The notes under the pieces: model-generated
Databases searched by the model: none
What the model was told of the DNA's origin: nothing
Seen by the model: only the letters and a program-made list of their open reading frames with translations
Made by a program: the position numbers and the translations under genes
Origin: Lytechinus pictus
Lineage: Eukaryota
DNA: 64,000 nucleotides
Direction of reading: 5' to 3'
Assembly (NCBI RefSeq): GCF_037042905.1
Contig: NC_087245.1
Span: 29,762,001 to 29,826,000 of the forward strand
Part shown: positions 38,541 through 52,486 of the stretch, piece after piece
How positions within the stretch are numbered: position 1 is the first letter of the stretch
Layout: the number at the start of each line of letters is the position of its first letter

Positions 38541-41500
38541 ATGCCACGGCCTTTACAAAGTGAAAGACAGAATGCGACGCCCGCTAGTACCAGTAAACGG
38601 AAAAAAGATACACCTCGCAAGCGGCAAGGGGCAACTTTTGGAACACCAGCTGGAGCTGCACGACCAGCGGGGAGTGGCGGGCGGGAGTTGGGACACACAC
38701 CGGTGTCATCAGGAAAGAGACGTAAGTAACGTCCTGTCAGTGTCACTCACTGCTCAGTCAGTCGGCAAGCCCTGAAAAAGTAGCTTCTTTTATCTAAGTG
38801 ATATTCATGACTAGAGGTTTTTTACATTGTTAATGAAATGAGCTTGGTGCGAACCAAAACACCTCTTTTTATTCGGCCATTGGCATTGCCATTGCTGCTA
38901 TAAATATAAATATTGTCTTTATTGACGAAATTTCATGTTTTTTAATTTTGGTATCTTTGAAGTTTGACTTTGTAAAGAAGAAGAATCATTCTTTCAGGTC
39001 ATGTGTTTGGATTTTTAAAAGGATGTTGTAATATAGGGAAAACTTTTGATCTAAAACATGAAACAAAATAATTTTTTTCATGCAACAAAAGTTGTTGTTT
39101 TCACACTGAATTTCTGTTTGAGCACAAATGATTCTTACTACTAGATCATGATAAAGCTGAAGATCTAACTTAAGCTTTAATTTATTAATATGATATAATT
39201 TTTATAAGAAGATGTATTTTACTTTTAGATGGGTCATCAGCCAGCTTTTCATAGGCCGAGTACATTTAGCAGCTCAAAAACAAGAATACTGCGCTCTGAT
39301 TGCGGGAGGCAGTGTAGCTCAGTCGGTTAGAGCGCCTGTTCCGGATAAGATCGTAGATCTCAACGTGCGTGGGTTCGAGTCCCGCAGCAGCATGCCGGAA
39401 GACGTCTAACAAAAAAACTGATGCTAGCGTTGTGTGTCAACGTGCCTCACCGCTGTGTTCAGTGCGGGTGTGAATGCAGTTGGAAAACACTCCGTCCATC
39501 GGAAAGGACGCAAATGTTGGTCCCGTGTATAGGAGAGTCACAACCTATTCACGTTAAAACCAATACACTATTCGTCAAAGAGTAGGGTGTTCACCCGGTG
39601 TATTGCACCTGCCGGTCCCCGGTACTACAATACTGCAATAATCTTCAGGATTGAAGGAGGCAGTGTAGCTTGAAGAAGAAGAAGAAGAAGAAGATTGGTC
39701 ATAGAGACCACACACCCACGCAAATTCCAGTGTTCCCCACACTGGGCCTCTGCAAGGTCACACTCACCATGTAGTAATCTCTTCAAATTACTTGTGCGGC
39801 GGTTGTTTTGAAAACATTATTCAGCCAATCAGAACTCTGGATTTTATGTTACCCAGAAATTTCAGAAATCTCGTCTTGCACCTTGATGGAAAAAGCTGGC
39901 TGCTGACCCATCTAAAAGATGCCACATATCAAGAGTGACATTGTAAGAAAGTATAGAGTTTGAGCTTTCTGATGATATAATTTTTTATAAATAATGTTTG
40001 TGCCTAAACCACAAAATGTTGCACAATTTGCAAGTTAAAACAGAGGAAGAAAATTCTGTTTGATGCATCTTTTCAGGTAAAAAATTCACTTATTTATCAA
40101 AATATTTTATTCAAAAGAAGTGACCAATATAAAAGAGTAACATTTACATGTACTCTTTCCCATGGTACAAAAATAATCAATATTACTCAAGGAAAAAGTG
40201 GTTAAATTCTTTGAGAAAGAAAGTCTCACAATTCACGAGATTTTGCATGGACATGAATTCAGCCACAAGAGGACTTGGATAAATCTTGCTCATTAACACA
40301 GGGGCTTGCCGACTGACTGCTGTATACCCAGTTGTTGTGTGTCCGGACTAAGAGGTTGTGTGTCTGGACGATCAATTTTAGGAAGTCGTTTGAAAAAAAT
40401 TTACAGAAGAAGTTTCATCAACTTTTAGTACAAAATGTAGGAAATATAGAGAACAAAATAGAAGATGATTACAAAACAACTATTGAATTCATGTTTTTAG
40501 GGTAATCCAAAGACAAAAAAAGAAGGCTTCAAAAATATAAAGTGTCCGGACACCCGACCCCCCATCCTACTGACCGCACAATGTTACTACAAAAAGTACG
40601 ACTACAAGCGTAATCAATGCGCTAATAAATATCACAGAGGCCCTGTTACAACAGGTAATGCACTCATCCAATGAACAAGCAATAAGTTAGCGGCTAAGTA
40701 GTGTGCACGTTTGCCGGTTTGGCAATGCCAATCAATCATAATGTTTGGCTTATTTTCTCGAGTCTTTCTTTTCGGGACAAATCATTGCTTGATTTTTTAC
40801 ACTGAGTGACCGTCATTTCAGTGTCAGTTTTCATTAACTGTCACACTAACTTACAGCCATACATCATATAACTTGACTGCTAAGTAAATTTGATTCTTTT
40901 AATTATTTTTTTTCCGAATTAAAATGAGAGATTGAAAAATGACAATTTTCTTGCCATATTTACTTTCTACCAATAGAGGCGTGCGCAAAAATATGCTAAA
41001 TTCAAGTTTTTGAGCACTCTGCCTCTGGTGAATACAAAAATTATTCCCAAAATACCAATTGAAAAATAAATTGCAACTGTCTGGAAATTAGTATTTTTGG
41101 TCACAAAAGTGATAGTTAGTACATTGTAATGTCTTTTTTTAAACTGGAGTGTGTGCTATGTACTGCATTGCCAATGGCACACCATAGTCCTCGTTCGTAG
41201 GATGAGTGCATGTACCTAGCCTAGAGGACTCCATGATGATATTTTTAAATGATTTTGATATTGTCATTACATCACGGAGCCTAGACACGCATGTGACTGT
41301 GCCTAGTGAACTATCTAAACGAGATACTTCTTCTCCTTCCTCCGCTGATCCTGGAGATCTACAGCTGGTTGCTGCATTATTAAATAAATAGAGTTATAAG
41401 ACTAAGAGCACAAAACACTTCCTCTGAGTTAATAGGTATCGGTGATACAGTATGATTAAAGATTTAAGAGAGAAAGGAGGTACGAGAGATGTGGATTTTG

Positions 41501-44500
41501 TGCAGGAAGAGTAAGAGTTTAGTGGTCAGCTTGTCTTGTATAGAGGAAGATAGTCTTGGATGGACAGGTAATAAAATGGACCTAACAAAGGCTTCACAGC
41601 AGTCTTGGCAGAATAAGGAGCAGATTGATGCAGGAAGGCCTAATTTTCTCACTTCCACTTGGAGTTCATCACGTCGAGTGTCAAACACATGGCAGCTAGC
41701 TAGCTATGAAGTGGATGGTGTCTTCACCCTGATGACATAAGCGACAAGTGGGAGAAGTACATGTAGCCTTCTTTATCAAAACTAGCCTGCACTGAGTTGG
41801 ATAGGTCTGACTCACTAGCTGTGACCTGATGACAACAGCTCGTCTAAGAAACTGGGAGCTACTGGAGCTGGGGTATAGTGCACTTGATTTGGTAGATTTT
41901 GACTGAATAGCAGCCAGTACCTCATCTTTAACCTTGTTCGTAACTGCCCTATTTGAAGTCTTCTTCCAGGTGATGTAGGAGATGGGTTCGAGCAGAAGAG
42001 AGTAGAGGTCAGGGAGATTATACTTGTCCAAGATGAGCTGCCAAGACTTGATGGTGGGGGTAGTCTTGGCTACAGCATGTGGAAGAGTCCTATACTCAAA
42101 TCTAGTGTGGGGGAGATCCAATTCTTGTCCAATCAGGAGGAGCTTCTCAAGGTCAACTTGAGAACAAAGAGAAGGAGCCCAATGAGAAGAAAGAAAACTT
42201 CATCTGCTGCTGTTCTAGGGAGATTGAGGATTTGCTTGAACAGCTGATGTTGTGCCGGATCAAGTCTTTTCTCCATCCCTTTTGTAAGGTGTAATACATG
42301 CTGCTCCACAGAGCATACATGGGATGCAATGGACCTTCCACAGGGAAGCATAGTGTGCCTCTTGTGTATGCTCCACTTCCTGTTAGCGCATAGAAACTTT
42401 ATATGCCTTTTGAGATGATCTTTTCTGTTGGGACTCTCTTGTCACTAGATTTTATGATGCCAAGATGTGGATGTCGGGAAGATGTCGGTACTGTGTCACT
42501 CCCAAGATTCCAGGACAGGAGCTGGAGTGCATGTTTACCCTTCATATTTAACATTGGAACTACCGATCCTATTTTTAACTTATTAAATTACATACCTTTA
42601 TACACCTAATGCGTATAAAGGTATGACCGTTTTGCAAAAAAAGATAGAAAAATGAGAGGTTTCTCACCAGACCAATGTCATGTATCCATTCGTAAACACT
42701 GCAAATTTAAAAAGCTTTACCTTTGAACAGCTTCAATATGACGTAGCTTCAATGAGCTATGTTACGGAGTGCCGTTTTGAAGAACAATTCATAGATTAAA
42801 AAAAATTATTATTTATTAAATAATAAAATTTGAATATTGATTGTGAATACTTGTTATAAAAATATTTTGTCGCCAAGTCTCTGAGGCCCAACTCATATTA
42901 TTTTCAGCCTAGAGTACCCCTTTAAAAAGAAATATGAAATCATCACAGAGACTCAGAGAGAGGGCGCTAAATATTCAGAAAATCACATTAAAAAAATTAT
43001 TCAAATTGATGGTTGAAAAAAACCCAATATTGATACTAGGTCCAACCGTTGTGTAAAATTAGCATACTTGAATACATTTACGATGACCTAAATCTTTCTC
43101 TTGTCTCATCATTTTCATAATTGAATTCAATTCAATTTGCATACTGTAATGAATATGTATCTGGCAATCTGCCTTTGTGTCGAATTGGCAGCAACAGTGT
43201 TTTTCACATTAAATAGGTGGTTTAACTTTATCCTATGTTTTCATTGGAAGTTGAAACCGAAGATTGAAATACATGTCATTTCATATAAATATAAATACAT
43301 AGAAATGCAAAAGTAAAAAGATATCAGAAGATAAATTCATCAGCTTGCTCATTCCATACTTTTCACTGAAAATGATAAATGCAAAATTAAAAAAAATCCA
43401 TGATTTTTCGCATCATTTGGACGATATTGTAATTGTTTATTTCACTATATTGATAAATATAATTATTTTCAATCCAGAGTTTTCCTCTAAAGAAAGTTCA
43501 ATTCTTATTTTCTCTTAAATGTAGATGGAACAAGACGGTTTAGACCAGGGACTCGAGCTCTGATGGAAATCAGAAAATATCAAAAGACTACTCATCTCCT
43601 GCTCAGGAAGCTTCCCTTTGCTCGAGTGGTAAGTAGATTTCTGTTAGGAATTTATCAATTCTCTGCAAATGTACAGTATATTGATTCAGGCCTTAAATCT
43701 TGATATATTTTGGGCAAGGCCGTTTTTATTTACAGGGTTTATTACTTCATTACAATTAGAAAATTTGAAAAAGGCCTGGTGCATGAAATTTCTACAAGGC
43801 CAATCAGGCTCGGTTTTAGAATGCTCCAAGCCCTGATATGTACAGGAACATATACTGTAAACAAAATATAGAATTCATTCATCAAAACTACTGTATGTCA
43901 TTTGTTTCCTATTATGTATTTAGTATTTATAAATTCAAATTTTAAGATGAATTTAACCCTAAGAGACTGGTTGATTATGCTATAATATATATATAGCTTT
44001 TTCCCCAGATCAAGGCATTTTTTAATCAAAATGAAAAGGCACTTCAAGTATCTTTAAAGAGTCTGTGAAGGATCATTAGTTTTATTTTTTTTTCAAATGT
44101 ACTTGTGATTAATTTGGTGTACTTGAATTACTATTTGGGCTGATAAATGTACTTTAAAATATCTGGTATTATGTCACGAATTGAATGTCTTTTAAGATGG
44201 ATCATTGGATAGTGAATATTGCTCATTACAAATAAAAATTGTTTTTATTTTAACCGAGCGTGTATTTCAATTTGTAGGAACACTTGACTGGTAGTCATAT
44301 TGTCCTACATGTAGGTAGCATTTGAAATGTTTTTAAGAATCAAGTGTTGTATTTTTCATCTGTTCGTCATAGGTAAAGGAAATTTGTCAGATCTTAAACC
44401 CATCCTCAGAACTTCGCTGGCAAGCTGCGGGAATTATGGCATTACAAGAGGTGTGTATATTTTGATGATGGTGCTATGTTGGGCAAAGTGTTGGACTAGA

Positions 44501-45538
44501 TTACAAGTTCTATGGTGATGACCAGAACATGGAAAACATTGTTGTATTAAGCTGACAAACCACCTTTGGTTTAGTATCACTTTCTAAACTTTAGAAAGTG
44601 ATACTAATCAAGCCCTCAATTGACTGAACATAGAGCGATGTCTTCTCCCAACCAGCATTGTTTAAGGGTAGAGCTCACCCAACATAAATTTTACTTGCAT
44701 AAATATTATAGAAAAATCTAACAAATATAATTTTTTATTGAAATTGGAAGTAAAATAAGAAAATTATGGCATTTGAAAGTTTGCCTGAATTACATAACTC
44801 AGATGGTGTTTATAAATTTGAAAGGATCGATTCTACACGATGGAGTATCAGCTAGACACAAATGAGTGAATGCCAAAGTATTTTTGACAGACAATTGTCA
44901 GACTTGTGCAAAGAGGGAGTAAATAACATCACATACTTTTTTCTTTTGTACTTTAATATGTGGATTATCAAATATTTGTCAATTTGATAATCACTATGCT
45001 CTGGATTAAATCAAAGCAAGTAATATTAAGGATGATTCTAAACGTTAATAAAGTTGCCGAACCATGTGTTACACCGTTAGACTAAATGATGAATGTATTT
45101 AAATAAATATGTACAAAAGAAATAGTGAGTGTGAGAGGTGATTGACAATGTCATTTGTGTATCACCCGTGTTGAGCACAACACTGTTTTGGGGAATTAAA
45201 GCAATATCATTCATCTCTAACATTGCTGCAGCATATGTGAAAAAATAAAGACCCTTTTTAAATTTCAAATGTTCTGTACAGTATGTAGATGTGCAGGCAG
45301 CTATATTAACTTCACAAAATCAATTTAAAAGAGAATTTTCTGTACTTGTGTGACTTTCACTGCCAAATTGTTCAAACATGTATGTGTGGTCCCACTTCTA
45401 CAGGCAGCAGAAGCGTTCCTTGTCCATCTCTTTGAAGACTCGAACCTTTGTGCTATCCACGCCAAGCGAGTCACCGTCATGCCAAAGGACATGCAGCTTG
45501 CTCGACGGATACGCGGGAGAACAGACGGACTTGGGTAG
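38541..45538 (+). CDS. CENPA: Centromeric histone H3 variant CENP-A (CenH3), 165 aa. Exons: 38541-38721, 43525-43628, 44373-44450, 45404-45538
   Basis: The spliced product has an H3 fold ([73 protein letters not shown]). CenH3 hallmarks: divergent N-tail, Q68 to A, F84 to W, T107 to S, longer loop 1 and a C-terminal GLG tail. Introns are GT-AG with phases 1,0,0. Exon 1 linkage rests on phase and promoter context. Confidence 0.93.
39303..39693 (+). mobile_element. tRNA-derived SINE of a second family, with (GAA)n tail, in CENP-A intron 1
   Basis: A box tagctcagtcgg and B box gttcgagtcc, widely spaced. Body of about 300 bp, gaagaagaa tail, gattg on both flanks. Confidence 0.8.
41400..42520 (-). 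mobile_element. Degraded non-LTR retrotransposon 3' fragment
   Basis: Broken ORFs with C-terminal Zn-knuckle [17 protein letters not shown] and post-RT text ([18 protein letters not shown]). Confidence 0.7.
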
Positions 45539-46849
45539 TAGGAATCTTGATTGTACAATATTATTGACGTTGATGGACAGTGATCCTCTTTTAAACCTGT
45601 TGCTTCATCAAGTTCCAATGGCCATCGAACATTGGTCTTATAGGCCTGTATTCTGAAGTCTGGTTGTTGAAAGGTCATGGTTTAACATTGTAGGAAGCTG
45701 TCATGTTTATATTTTATGATTCTTGTGTTTACTGTGCTCTGTCGCATGCTTTAATGGTATGTTGATGATCATTCCCAGACATTTATGAAATGAATTTGAG
45801 CACGCAAAAGTGTTGAGAAATTGATTCTGTACTGTTAGAAGTTTGTTTCAATATTGGCTATCCATACAAAAACCTCAAATTAGGACCTGGAGGGTGTTTC
45901 ATAAAACTGTTTGTAAAGTTAAGAGCGACTTAAGAACAACTGGTGATTCTTATGGTAAATGATATTCACCATTAATGTTCATTGGTGATTATTTAGCGCG
46001 TAAGAAAGGTTCACCAGTTGTTCTTAAAGTCGCTCTTAACTTACAAACAGCTTTATGAAACGGTCCCCTGGTTTAGTTTATTACCCCCAGGTCCAGAATA
46101 TGGGCCTTGGTGTCTTATAATTAAATTCTCTTTGAAAGCAGGAGAGCTTTGAATGAGATGATTTAAAAGAGATGTGTTTGGAATAATTGACTCTCATGCA
46201 ATATTGAAAGGAGAAGTACATTCTTGATATAGTGATCATTAGGAAAATTAATTACAATTTTACATACTGTATGTTGAAAATAGGAAGTTATGCCCCATTA
46301 TTGACAGGGGGGGGGGGGTTGAATATATCTCTTAACTGGTTGTGCCACTAAACCTGTACTCACTTTTAAGGGTCACATTGGTGGAAAATGGTCCCCTTTA
46401 TTGGAGGATTTTTAATCTAAAATAATGTCCTATTTATGATCTTCTGAATTTTAAAGGGTTAACATATCTGGTATTAATACCGAAATGTCAGAATCATACT
46501 CATGATTTATTCTCGGATTTTTCTTCTCCAAAATTCTATCTACATGTATTCGAGCGACACATTGCACTCCCATTCACCCTATTGGGTCATAAACCTTTCT
46601 CTCATATTCATAAGGGGATACAAAGCACAATCGCATTTTGCATCACTTTTGGTAAAAAAATCACAGATGCAGACACTTCAATACTCTTGGCCTAATTTAG
46701 TGTTTTTTTGGAATTTCATAGAATAATTCTGGGTATGAATCCTGAATAAGATGTTGGTGGAAGGTGAGATGAAATACCCAGAGATGGCTCTCTGTTGTGT
46801 GTAATACCAAATTAGCCATTGCAAGAAATTGTGTTTCCTGGAGATTGAC

Positions 46850-47132
46850 CAGGGGCCCATCTTACAAAGAGTTGGTATTGATCTGATCAATCGCAACTAT
46901 GGACGGCCAGCAAAGTCAACATATAAAATGCATGTTTATTTTTTTTTAATTCTAGATATGAATGTACATGTATATCCTTAAATTCATTGATTTCTTGACA
47001 ATTTGGTGTGATCTCCGTTGTTTACAAAGGACATTTTGCAAATTTTCTTTAGAAAAAATTATGACACTGATGGATTTCCATAGAGTTACTATTGATTGGA
47101 TCAATCGTAACTCTTTGTATGATGGGGCCCAG
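46850..47132. mobile_element. MITE with ggccccatc..acaaagagtt TIRs
   Basis: Inverted terminal blocks are directly visible. Confidence 0.7.
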
Positions 47133-49076
47133 ATATACAGTATTTGTAAGTGATATTTTAAGAGAATTTTATGACTAGTATACTGAGTGATTCAAACGAA
47201 CCTACATGTATATAATGAATTCGTTTTAAAAGAGGATCACTATCACTATTGTAGATAAAAATGTATATTTTAATAGTTTGTTAATACAATCCTTGTGAAG
47301 TTTGAATATTGAGGCAATTTTTGCATCTCACTTTGTTCTTCCATTTAGTGTATTTGAGAGTAATGTAATCTTATCACAGTTATCTTGTTTCATCTTCTTT
47401 TTTTTTTCAAGTCTAATCGGCATTGTCTTTCTAGGCTATGGGAATCGTATTCCAACTGCAGAAGAAACATTTCAAGATTGTTGCAAAAAATAATTATAAT
47501 TGGCAATCCTGAAACTATTAGGCAAATAACGTAATTGTTTTTGTAATTACAATTTCAATTGCAAATTGGAAAGTGATTGATGTTTTATTTTGTCTTCCAG
47601 TTTTTAATAGAAGTTCAACCAATTTTATGTGGATATATTTATGCATTCATTGATGTTTGATATTCAAGAAACAATATATTTCAAAATTTCAGCAACTGAA
47701 ATAATTTTAAGTGTATTTAAATAGCCTATCCATTTAAAGCATAGGGCTTGCCTGTTACTAATGGTACATACATGTACATGGCAAGGACATAGCCCAAGTG
47801 CTGCTCATCACTGGTGAAATCATTATTCATTTGTCATTCATTTTATGTACATGGATGATTCATGAGACATCCCTTTTCAGGTGATCAATTCTTTTTTTTC
47901 CACCAGTCAAATATCTCTAAAAGTTGATGTTGCAACCTCATTGCTTATTGGCCTATTTTGGCCAGAGTCTCATAAATATTCATAGGTTTTCTACAATTGA
48001 AACAATCTAATTATAAAGAAGGGATGAACATTTGCATTGTAAATACATGTAGTTTTTTTAATATGTATAAACAGAATGTATTGTTTTTATTGTGCAGAGT
48101 CATCATTGATAGCAGTTTGTCAACTGAAGAGGCTACCCTGTTGAAATAAAAATGGAAATAAATAAATAAATAGAATTTTAAATAAGCGAATGTATACATT
48201 CCACCTAATGCATGAAGTCAGTTCTGTCAAATGTATGTGGTCTTGGAGGGGGGGGGGGGTAGTTTTTAACAGGTGTGTAATATGGCCACTTTAATTTCCT
48301 TCATACACTTAATAACATCTGATATTGTTAACCTGAAAATTGTAGGAACATACAAGTTATAGATTAAAAATCATAATACCATCTCAAATTGCAATACATA
48401 TCTTCATGTTATGATCTGTTCTTGTAATTGGCCAATTATTTTACATGTACATATCTATCCCGATAGCAGTGTGACAAACAGGTGCTATTTCAGTGAAGGT
48501 CATGAGAAGCTGTCTGTGCACATTGATTACATATTTTAATTTTTATTCCTTTGTTACAGTGGATAGGTATGATTGAATTTTAGTACATTTTAAGAATAAT
48601 TTTTAAGGATAGACCCTTCTTGTTGAAAATTAGCTTGAATCAATTTTTTAAATGGTATTTCAAGTTTCGATGATCAAACTCTGTTGTCTCATTCTGTGTG
48701 TACATCCAACAAGTCACCCATGTGCCTTTGATTCTGGAAGATTGATCGCAAGTGTTCATTATATCAGTATATTATATTATGGAGTTATAAATGAACTCTC
48801 TTCATTTCCTGCAGTCTTCAAGTGCCTTGGATGAAAACTAATTATTAATTTATATTGATATTCATCTTTTTGATAACGCTAGTTAAAATTCAAGTTTGAA
48901 TTTGTGTGTTTTATTAGGGCCCTGTTGCAGAAACCTTGCATTTTAAGTTTTGAATGCTAATCAAGAAATCGTTCGCATATGAATTTTCAGCCAATCTGAT
49001 TTGCATTTGAACAATAATGTTGAATGTATCTTTTTAGTGTGACAGGGTCCTAATCAGACAGGGCATAGTTATTTAA

Positions 49077-49670
49077 AGGGGAATCCAACCCAAATAAAAA
49101 CTTGTTTTCATAAGGAAAAGAAAAATCAGACAAGTTGATAGGTGAAAGTTTGAACAATATTGGACAAACAACAAGAAAGTTATGAATTTTTAAAAGTTGC
49201 AAATATTGGTAATCACTATACCCATGGAGACTTCAAATTGGCCGCATATGGGATGTCATAGTGATGTAAGGCAAGGACTACTCTTCCATGTACTTCAATA
49301 CATATTATGGCTAAAATGTCATTTTTCCCAAAAGTTTTATTTCAAATTATATTTTTCTTTCATGAGGACATAAAACAATATACTACTGGGTTATATTTAG
49401 ATTACTGCCCCAGGGGAATGGGTACTTAGGAGAAAACCACAAATCCCTGATAATAAAGTACATGGCCTATGGGAAAGTTGTCCTTGCCCCTTGTCATAAT
49501 TACCTTACCCAGTTGCCAATTTGAAATCTACATAGTATCAGTGATCTCAATTTTAAAGCAGCTATAACTTTCTTATTGCTTGTCCGATTTCTTTCAAACT
49601 TTCACCATTCTGATTAATCTATTTTTCTCCTTCCCAACACAACATTTTATGGCCAAGGCTGGATTCCCCT
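49077..49670. mobile_element. TTAA-flanked non-autonomous DNA transposon (Kolobok-like)
   Basis: ttaa|AGGGGAATCCA...TGGATTCCCCT|ttaa. Confidence 0.85.
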
Positions 49671-51339
49671 TTAACAAAATGGCAAGTAATGAATACTGCC
49701 TGAAAATGACAAGAGGAAATAAGTGACATATGAAACAAATTTAGTACTTGATCATAAATTACATAGCATGCTCTTTGGGGCACAAATTTATGTATGATCA
49801 TTCATGTTAAACCAATGGTTCTCAACCTGCTTTATCAATGTTCGTTTGAGCCCCCTTCAATCTTATTGAGGTTCAACTCACAGATTCCGAATAAGGGAAA
49901 AGACAGTGTGCATTGAGAAAAATATTTTCCTCTGTGGCAGAAAATGCCATTTTGTGTCACTTGCTTGCTTTTGGCATTGTTGGGCAGATTAGTTCAGATA
50001 TGATAGAAAATAGTGTGTCTCAAGTACTATTAATTAATTCCATTGTACTATCCATCACATTCTCTGGGTATTAAGCCTTGCCAATAAATTGACTTGTTTT
50101 AATTACCCTGTCTGATGCTTCCTTCATTGATATACAATGTATATTTATGCTGCAGTTACATTTCCCCTAAGGCGGCCGTACAGTGAGTCAAAAACGGCCG
50201 TTTTATTTTTATTCCAACCACCTTTTTGTAGCCGTTTTCGACTCGCTGTACGGCTGCCGTAGGGCAAATGTAATTGCGCCATTACTCTGCATAAGTTGAC
50301 CTTTCATGCCTCAATCACTAAAAAGCACTTTTTTCCAGGAAAGTTGTCAGCTCTGACAGTTACTAGTATAAATAGTCAAATGCCTACATTCTCAGTCATA
50401 ACCAAGGAGAGTGAAACACTTCAATGATCATGCAAAACATTTATTTCTTTTAAGTCAAATTTAAGGAAGCTGAGAAAATATCTGTAGTTCTACAGATTTG
50501 ACCTGGCAGATGTTAAAGTGAATTTCAGTAATTGGGACCTGTCACATAAAACTAGCAATTAAGAACCCACTGCACTATACGTATGAGAGAAGGGGGAAAC
50601 CCCGGTGTAGTGGTCCACCTGCACTCCCCCCTATCAGTTATATCGGGAGGAGAGACCTGCGGGTCATTGTGATTCAGTTTGCTTTTCGCCTCCCAGGCAT
50701 ATGCAGGTGACGCCAAACAAATAATATACAAATATACCAGGCTTTGAGTAAGTATAGCGGGAATTATTCATCCGAGGTTGGACTGGCATTACTATTTAGC
50801 ACATTTTCGACATCATCGCGAAATAGTGAGAATATGTTTGGTCACATGATGCTATTTAAACCAATCAGCATACAGGATTTAATTCATGTAGGATATAATA
50901 ATTATTTGTATCTACATGTACAGGTGCCCAAGTTGAATCCCTTGGGACCAGAGAAATTTTTTCTAAGATGTAAGCTGCATAATGTTTTTAATATTCTGGT
51001 CTGAAATAAAGCTTCGAGATAGGCGATTATTCTACTCGGGGAGGTCGACTTCTGCAGTCTACTGCATGCTGTCAATGACACCCCGCCAATGTTCCAATCA
51101 ATTTCTATGTCTCCATGGCTAATACCATTAAAAAAGCTTAATAGTTGCCATCTTTGAATAGTTATATGCAACAGGGTCCCTACAGACCTGGAATGTGCAA
51201 GAGGCTTTTGCAAAATCTAATCTTGAGCGCTGAATGCTTCTTGGTTCAGGGCCCCCGTTTCATAAAATAATAAAAAATAATACATAAGACTTGTATAGTG
51301 CACGTTTTAATACTTAGATGCTCCAGGCACTTGAGCATT

Positions 51340-51800
51340 AGAGAAAGGGAGAAAAAAATCAAACTTAACATTCAATACATTTTCGAACTTTAACAATGAA
51401 AACAATAAGCCGATGTCTGTCAAAAAGCACTTTTAAACAGGTATGTTTTCAGGTTGCCCCTGAAGATGGTTACAGATGTCTGGGTTTTCAAACTTTGAGA
51501 GAGAATTACACAGGGTCGGCCCTGCATGAGGAAGGGCCTGTTCACCCATAATTTATTAGAAACTGGAACCTGTAAAAGATTAGATGTTAAGGATCTTAGG
51601 GGTCTTGAGGGATGGAAGTTATGTATCAAAGACTTATTGTAACTGGGGGAAGTTCCATTGACAATATGAAAGATATGTGTTCCTTGAGGGGAAACCAGTG
51701 AAGACTTTTCAGTAAAGGGATGATGTGGACAAAGTTACAATACGCGCAGCTGCATTTTGCAACTTCTGCAATTTACTAATTTGAGAATGTGGTAAGTGGT
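51340..51800 (-). mobile_element. L2/CR1-like LINE 3' fragment
   Basis: Translation HPSRPLRS..LLQVP...FRGNLKTYLFKSAF and upstream KLQKLQNAAAR are typical of L2-clade ends. Confidence 0.7.
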
Positions 51801-52486
51801 TAAGTGTTACACCTATTGTAAATTTGCCATGATTACAACCGCCATGTAACGGCTCATCAGCATATCACAAGCAAGGTTTCCATGGTAGATATAATGAACG
51901 GCAAAGTTACAATACTCGGGGATGTCCAAAAGTGTACTGGTACAAGGTTTGGGTCCATGGGTGAACTACTTTGTATTAAATCGGTTCTAAAAGTAACAAC
52001 AAGATTGTGTACTGTAGCCTTGTATTCTTAAATATAAGTAAAACATCAATGACTGACAGTGACAAGTGGTTTTTCTAATATAGTTTACTATGAAAACTTA
52101 GTAATTATGTGTCTACTGATTAAGTATCAGTAAATTAAATTGGTAAAAGAAGTTAACATGAATATACTCCTTATTTTACATTACACATGTAGCAGACAAC
52201 TTCAGTGAATATTGGAAAAAAAAAACCCAAAACAACCATGTGGATTACTGAAAGTGAATTATTTATACAGCATACAGCACCATGGGCGGAAAGTATAAAA
52301 AATATAAAGTTTAGTTCAGACTTTCCTATGACCCAGGAAAAAATAAAACCAATCATCTGAATACTTGAAAATATAATCTTGCACGGAGACGATGCTTGAA
52401 CGATCAGCAAAGGTGATCTAGGCAGTCTGTCAAGGTCACATTGAGCAAGTGATGGAGCAATCTTCCAGCGTTGAATATCACCCAAG

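Noticed and set aside
39303..39385. tRNA gene
   Set aside because: No proper acceptor stem or T-run terminator, and it continues into a SINE body and (GAA)n tail. The heads at 19085 and 22330 are also SINEs.
45350..45538. Canonical histone H3 or H3 pseudogene
   Set aside because: It is the last exon of an intact four-exon gene with CenH3-diagnostic residues.
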